From contig JAXGZF010000006.1 of assembly GCA_040771865.1 (NCBI GenBank), positions 186,001-250,000 on the forward strand: a stretch of 64,000 nt of DNA, written 5' to 3'. The notes under the pieces were generated by a model. That model saw only the letters and a program-made list of their open reading frames with translations, searched no databases and was not told where the DNA came from. Each line of letters opens with the position of its first letter. Position 1 is the first letter of the stretch. The position numbers were made by a program, and so were the translations under genes. This DNA is from Desulfobacterales bacterium (lineage in GTDB: Bacteria; Desulfobacterota; Desulfobacteria; Desulfobacterales; UBA2245). Below, piece after piece: positions 60,140-64,000 of this stretch.

Positions 60140-61762
60140 ATGCCCATGAAACAGATCATCACGGTTCGAACCCCCTTCGGAAACACAGAGATCGATGCGG
60201 AAACAGGAGACAACCTGCTTGAGCGTCTGACGGCTTCAGGGGTTCTGCTGCGCGCGGATTGCGGGGGAAGCGGGGTCTGCGGAAAATGCCTGGTCAAAAT
60301 CGATTCCGGCTTTCCGGGCGGCGATGCGGACCAGATCTCCCTGGTCGGCGATGAAAAATACCGGGCCGGATTCCGCGCCGCCTGTCAGGTGACGGTTCGA
60401 GGAAATCTGATTCTGGAAATACCCGAAGCCTCGCTGGCGGTTTTTGAAAGAACCGACAAGGCCGCTCTGGCGATTGGTTTTCCCGCTGATTTCAAACCGG
60501 ATTCCGCGCTGGCCGGTTATGGGCTGGCCGTGGACCTGGGCACCACCACCATCGCCGCGTATTTATGCGAACGCGCCACGGGAAGGGCCGTCGGTTCCGC
60601 ATCGGTGAAAAATCCCCAGTCAATCTTCGGGGAGGACGTGATGAGCCGGATCAGCGCATCGGCGAAAGGCCCCGAAATCCTTTCAAAGCTTCAGCAGCTG
60701 GCGGTTTCCGCCGTTCAACAGGCATCCCGAAGCCTGTGCCGATCCGCCAATCTTGCCGCTGAGGACATCAGAGAAATGGCGGTGGTGGGAAACCCCGCGA
60801 TGATGCATTTTTTTCTGGGCGTCGATCCCGCCTCCCTCGGAATCTGCCCATACCGGCCTGCATTTGCAGGAGCCCGAAAAGTAAGCGCCTCCTCCCTTGG
60901 ATTTGAATGGAACCCGTCCCTGGAAATCTACACGGCTCCGCTGGTGTCGGGCTTTATCGGTTCGGACACGGTGGCCGCGGCCCTGGCGGTAGGAATGCTA
61001 AAGGCCCCTTCCGGCGTCATGCTGGTGGATGTGGGGACTAACGGAGAGCTGGTTCTTGCCGGAGAAAGAACGCTCATGGCCGCTTCCTGCGCCACCGGAC
61101 CGGTATTTGAGGGCGCCTCCATCGGCTGCGGCATGCCGGCGGCATCCGGTGCCGTAGACAGGGTGTCGATCGATCCTCAGACAAAGCGCGTAAGCTGGTC
61201 GGTTCTTCGAACGGCAGGCGCGCCGGTCAAACCCATGGGCCTTTGCGGTTCCGGCGTGATCAGCGCCGCCGCGGCACTGCTCAGATCGGGAATGATGCGT
61301 TCCGACGGCCGTCTGGTAGAGGGTTTTGCGCCGATTCGTTCCGGCCAAAAGTGTGCGGAATTCGTCGTGGTTCCCGCGGAAAGTTCCGGAACCGGTCGGG
61401 ATATTGTCCTCACCCAGAAGGACATACGGGCGATTCAGCTGGGAAAGGGCGCGCTTCGCGCCGGAATCGAACTGCTCTGTCGGGATGCCGGTTTCAGGAT
61501 TCCCGAAAAGATCATCATGTCCGGCGCTTTCGGCTCTTTTCTCTCCCCGGACGATGTGCTTTGCATCGGCATGCTGCCGAAACTGAAGCCATCGAGGATT
61601 TCCGTCTCGGGAAACGCCGCGGGTGCAGGGGCGATTATGCTGCTGGTCAATTACATGACGCGCCGGGCCGCCGAGCAGCTTGCCCGCGATATTCAGACGC
61701 TGGAACTGGCCGGCCGGCCGGATTTTGAGGACGCCTTCGTTCAGGCCATGGCCTTTGAGTGA
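60140..61762 (+). CDS. Reductive activator of corrinoid proteins (RACo, ASKHA/DUF4445)
   Basis: N-terminal 2Fe-2S CGGSGVCGKC...ACQ, DLGTTT, NPQ..FGEDVMSRI, DVGTNGE, ATGPVFEG, GNAAG. Confidence 0.9.
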   Translation: MPMKQIITVRTPFGNTEIDAETGDNLLERLTASGVLLRADCGGSGVCGKCLVKIDSGFPGGDADQISLVGDEKYRAGFRAACQVTVRGNLILEIPEASLAVFERTDKAALAIGFPADFKPDSALAGYGLAVDLGTTTIAAYLCERATGRAVGSASVKNPQSIFGEDVMSRISASAKGPEILSKLQQLAVSAVQQASRSLCRSANLAAEDIREMAVVGNPAMMHFFLGVDPASLGICPYRPAFAGARKVSASSLGFEWNPSLEIYTAPLVSGFIGSDTVAAALAVGMLKAPSGVMLVDVGTNGELVLAGERTLMAASCATGPVFEGASIGCGMPAASGAVDRVSIDPQTKRVSWSVLRTAGAPVKPMGLCGSGVISAAAALLRSGMMRSDGRLVEGFAPIRSGQKCAEFVVVPAESSGTGRDIVLTQKDIRAIQLGKGALRAGIELLCRDAGFRIPEKIIMSGAFGSFLSPDDVLCIGMLPKLKPSRISVSGNAAGAGAIMLLVNYMTRRAAEQLARDIQTLELAGRPDFEDAFVQAMAFE

Positions 61763-61882
61763 ATCAACGCCCGAACATGAACAATGCTTTGCAAACAGGG
61801 CCGTTTTCAGATAAAAATAAAGCCGCCGCGAATTGAACGCGTTTCGCGAAACGCCCTCAATTTCGATACAGGAAAACTTGCC

Positions 61883-62374
61883 ATGCCATATAGATGCATC
61901 TTCTGGGGACTCATCACAATCATGATACTCTGCGCATGTTCAGCGGATCCGGCCTCATCCGGCGCCAAAAATACCGTGCAGAGAATGGAGATGTCGGAAC
62001 TCGACGCCATGATCAGTTCAACGGATCATGAATTCATGATCGTACCCATCGTGGCCTGGTGCAAACCCTGCCGGGAAGAGCTTCCCATTTTGAACAAGCT
62101 TTACGAAAAGTACGGGAAAAAAGGTCTGAACATGATCGGCATCAGCCTCGATCTGGAAGGCCCCGAGATCATACAGCCCATCGTGGATAAGGCGGGCGTG
62201 AAATTTCCGGTTTACTGGGTGGGCGAAAAGGCCGTGGATCAGTATGAGATTTTCGCGTTGCCCATGATCTTTCTAGTCAAGGAAGGCAAAATTGCCGAAC
62301 GCATCGTCGGCCCCCGCTCCAGGGAGTTCCTGGACCAGAAGATCCGCGAGTTTTTTTATCCAGGCCCCCAATAA
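61883..62374 (+). CDS. TlpA-family thioredoxin-like lipoprotein
   Basis: Lipobox-like ILCAC, WCKPCREELP, IGISLD, ALP cis-Pro loop. Confidence 0.8.
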   Translation: MPYRCIFWGLITIMILCACSADPASSGAKNTVQRMEMSELDAMISSTDHEFMIVPIVAWCKPCREELPILNKLYEKYGKKGLNMIGISLDLEGPEIIQPIVDKAGVKFPVYWVGEKAVDQYEIFALPMIFLVKEGKIAERIVGPRSREFLDQKIREFFYPGPQ

Positions 62375-62558
62375 TCGCGTAAGAATTTTGCGGCGGGTCA
62401 ATAAGCGCGGTTTCAATGGATAAAGTGCAATCGTCATCTATATAGAGTTGTGTTATTTCGTAGCAGCATTGAACCGGCGGCTTCGGCTCAGTAGCCGATT
62501 TGAGTCATAATCCGTTCACAATGCCCGAAACGTTGAAAATGATATGATTACATAATCC

Positions 62559-64000
62559 ATGCATACTCTTGACCATATTCGTAAATCGTTCAACGGCGCA
62601 ACAAGTAGAGCTGACCGCTCCGAGATTGGCCAGTTTCTGACGCCTGTTGCAATAGCCAGGTTCATGTCGTCTATGTTCGAAACCGGTCCTCAACGAGTGA
62701 GGATTTTGGACCCAGGGGCGGGGACAGGAGTGCTTTTTGCAGCCTGTGTGGAAACCCTTATTTCAAAATGTGAACTTCCCCGATCAATAGAGGTTGTTGC
62801 CTACGAAACAGACAGCGCCATTTTACCGTATCTTGAAGATACACTGAGAACCTGCCAGTCCCTTTGCACATCCAAGGGCATCGAATTTCACGGAACCATA
62901 AAGGCCGAAAATTTTATCTCTGCCGCACTTAGCGAAGTGAATGGATCTCTATTTGTCGCGCCGGGCATACGATTCACACATGCAATTCTTAACCCTCCAT
63001 ACAAAAAGATTAACAGCCAGACTGCCGTGAGCAGGAAGCTCTATTTGTCGGGCATAGGGGTAGCAAACCTGTATGCGGTATTTGTCTGGCTGTCTATGTT
63101 TTTGCTGGAACAAGGCGGTCAGATGGTCGCGATAACGCCTCGCAGCTTCTGCAACGGCCCGTATTTTAAGAGGTTTCGCGCTGCCTTCTTGCGCATGATG
63201 AGCTTGAAACGGATTCACATCTTCGAATCCCGTAAGAAGGCGTTCGGAGACGACAACGTACTGCAAGAAAATATAATCTATCACGCTGCGCGTGGACTTC
63301 AGAAACCGGAGTCTGTATTTATCTCGGTCTCAGAGGGCCTCGACTTCGACAGGGTAGTTACCTCGGCAGTCCCGTACAGTCAAGTTGTCCATCCCCGTGA
63401 TCGGGATATGTTTATTCGTCTTGATATCAAAGAGGCTGATATTGTCCCCTCGGAACAAGTGAAAAACTTTACCTCATCTCTCAGCAAGCTGGGGCTGAAT
63501 GTTTCCACCGGGCGCGTTGTCGATTTTAGAGCGCGAGAACACCTCAAACAGTTTCCCCAGCAAGGCGACGTTCCCCTGATTTATCCGTGTCATTTCGTCA
63601 ATGGTTTCATCAACTGGCCCGCGGAATCCGGCAAGAAACCGAATGCCATCTCGTCAAATGCGGAGACTTCGAACCTTCTTGTTGAAGCCGGATTCTATGT
63701 TCTTACGAAAAGGTTTTCATCTAAGGAACAACAGAGACGCATCATGGCGGCAGTTTACGACTCTGTACGCATCAACGCGTCCTATGTGGGCTTTGAGAAC
63801 CACCTGAACTACTATCATCAAAACGGAAGAGGTCTGCCAGCCGATTTGGCAAAGGGGCTTGCCTTATACCTCAATTCCACAATGGTTGACCAGTATTTCC
63901 GACTTTTCAGCGGACACACACAGGTGAATGCGACCGATCTTCGAAAGTTGCCGTATCCCACCCAAGAACAACTCACGCGCCTTGGTGCGTCAATTGGCGA
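62559..64000 (+). CDS. N6-adenine DNA methyltransferase, PstI/BsuBI (Eco57I-like) family; 3' end outside window
   Basis: Manual translation from ATG 62559 stays open to the window end: GQFLTP, ILDPGAGTG (motif I), ILNPPY (motif IV), NLY, ITPRSFCNGPYF, STGRVVDFR, FENHLNY, FSGHTQVNATDLR. Confidence 0.9.
   Translation, partial: MHTLDHIRKSFNGATSRADRSEIGQFLTPVAIARFMSSMFETGPQRVRILDPGAGTGVLFAACVETLISKCELPRSIEVVAYETDSAILPYLEDTLRTCQSLCTSKGIEFHGTIKAENFISAALSEVNGSLFVAPGIRFTHAILNPPYKKINSQTAVSRKLYLSGIGVANLYAVFVWLSMFLLEQGGQMVAITPRSFCNGPYFKRFRAAFLRMMSLKRIHIFESRKKAFGDDNVLQENIIYHAARGLQKPESVFISVSEGLDFDRVVTSAVPYSQVVHPRDRDMFIRLDIKEADIVPSEQVKNFTSSLSKLGLNVSTGRVVDFRAREHLKQFPQQGDVPLIYPCHFVNGFINWPAESGKKPNAISSNAETSNLLVEAGFYVLTKRFSSKEQQRRIMAAVYDSVRINASYVGFENHLNYYHQNGRGLPADLAKGLALYLNSTMVDQYFRLFSGHTQVNATDLRKLPYPTQEQLTRLGASIG

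Overview
A mostly housekeeping chromosomal window from a probable anaerobic deltaproteobacterium (Desulfobacterota-like, inferred from gene content and order). It carries clpB (partial), an ArsB/NhaD-type transporter, sirC-ccsA-hemA, fabD, dksA-PHP-rnc-radical SAM, a Liv-type ABC transporter, PBP1A, hisI-hisG-aminotransferase-engB-era-HNH, trkAH, four tRNAs (Pro, Leu, Val, Asp), tig-clpP-clpX-lon, purB, an AtuA-like/DUF4387 pair, a cold-shock gene, a corrinoid protein-methyltransferase-activator operon and a TlpA thioredoxin. A PstI/BsuBI-type DNA methyltransferase runs off the right edge and is absent from the ORF track. The stand-out region is a 16.4-kb co-directional cluster (23116-39550): a TpsB transporter, a ~3750-aa repeat-expanded GLUG-type TpsA with a C-terminal Cys pair, a translationally coupled exported FecR-domain protein with a hexapeptide-repeat tail, and a CHASE2 class III adenylate cyclase. 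I propose it as a candidate adhesin-coupled trans-envelope cAMP signalling system. All calls come from reading motifs by eye; no database searches were run.
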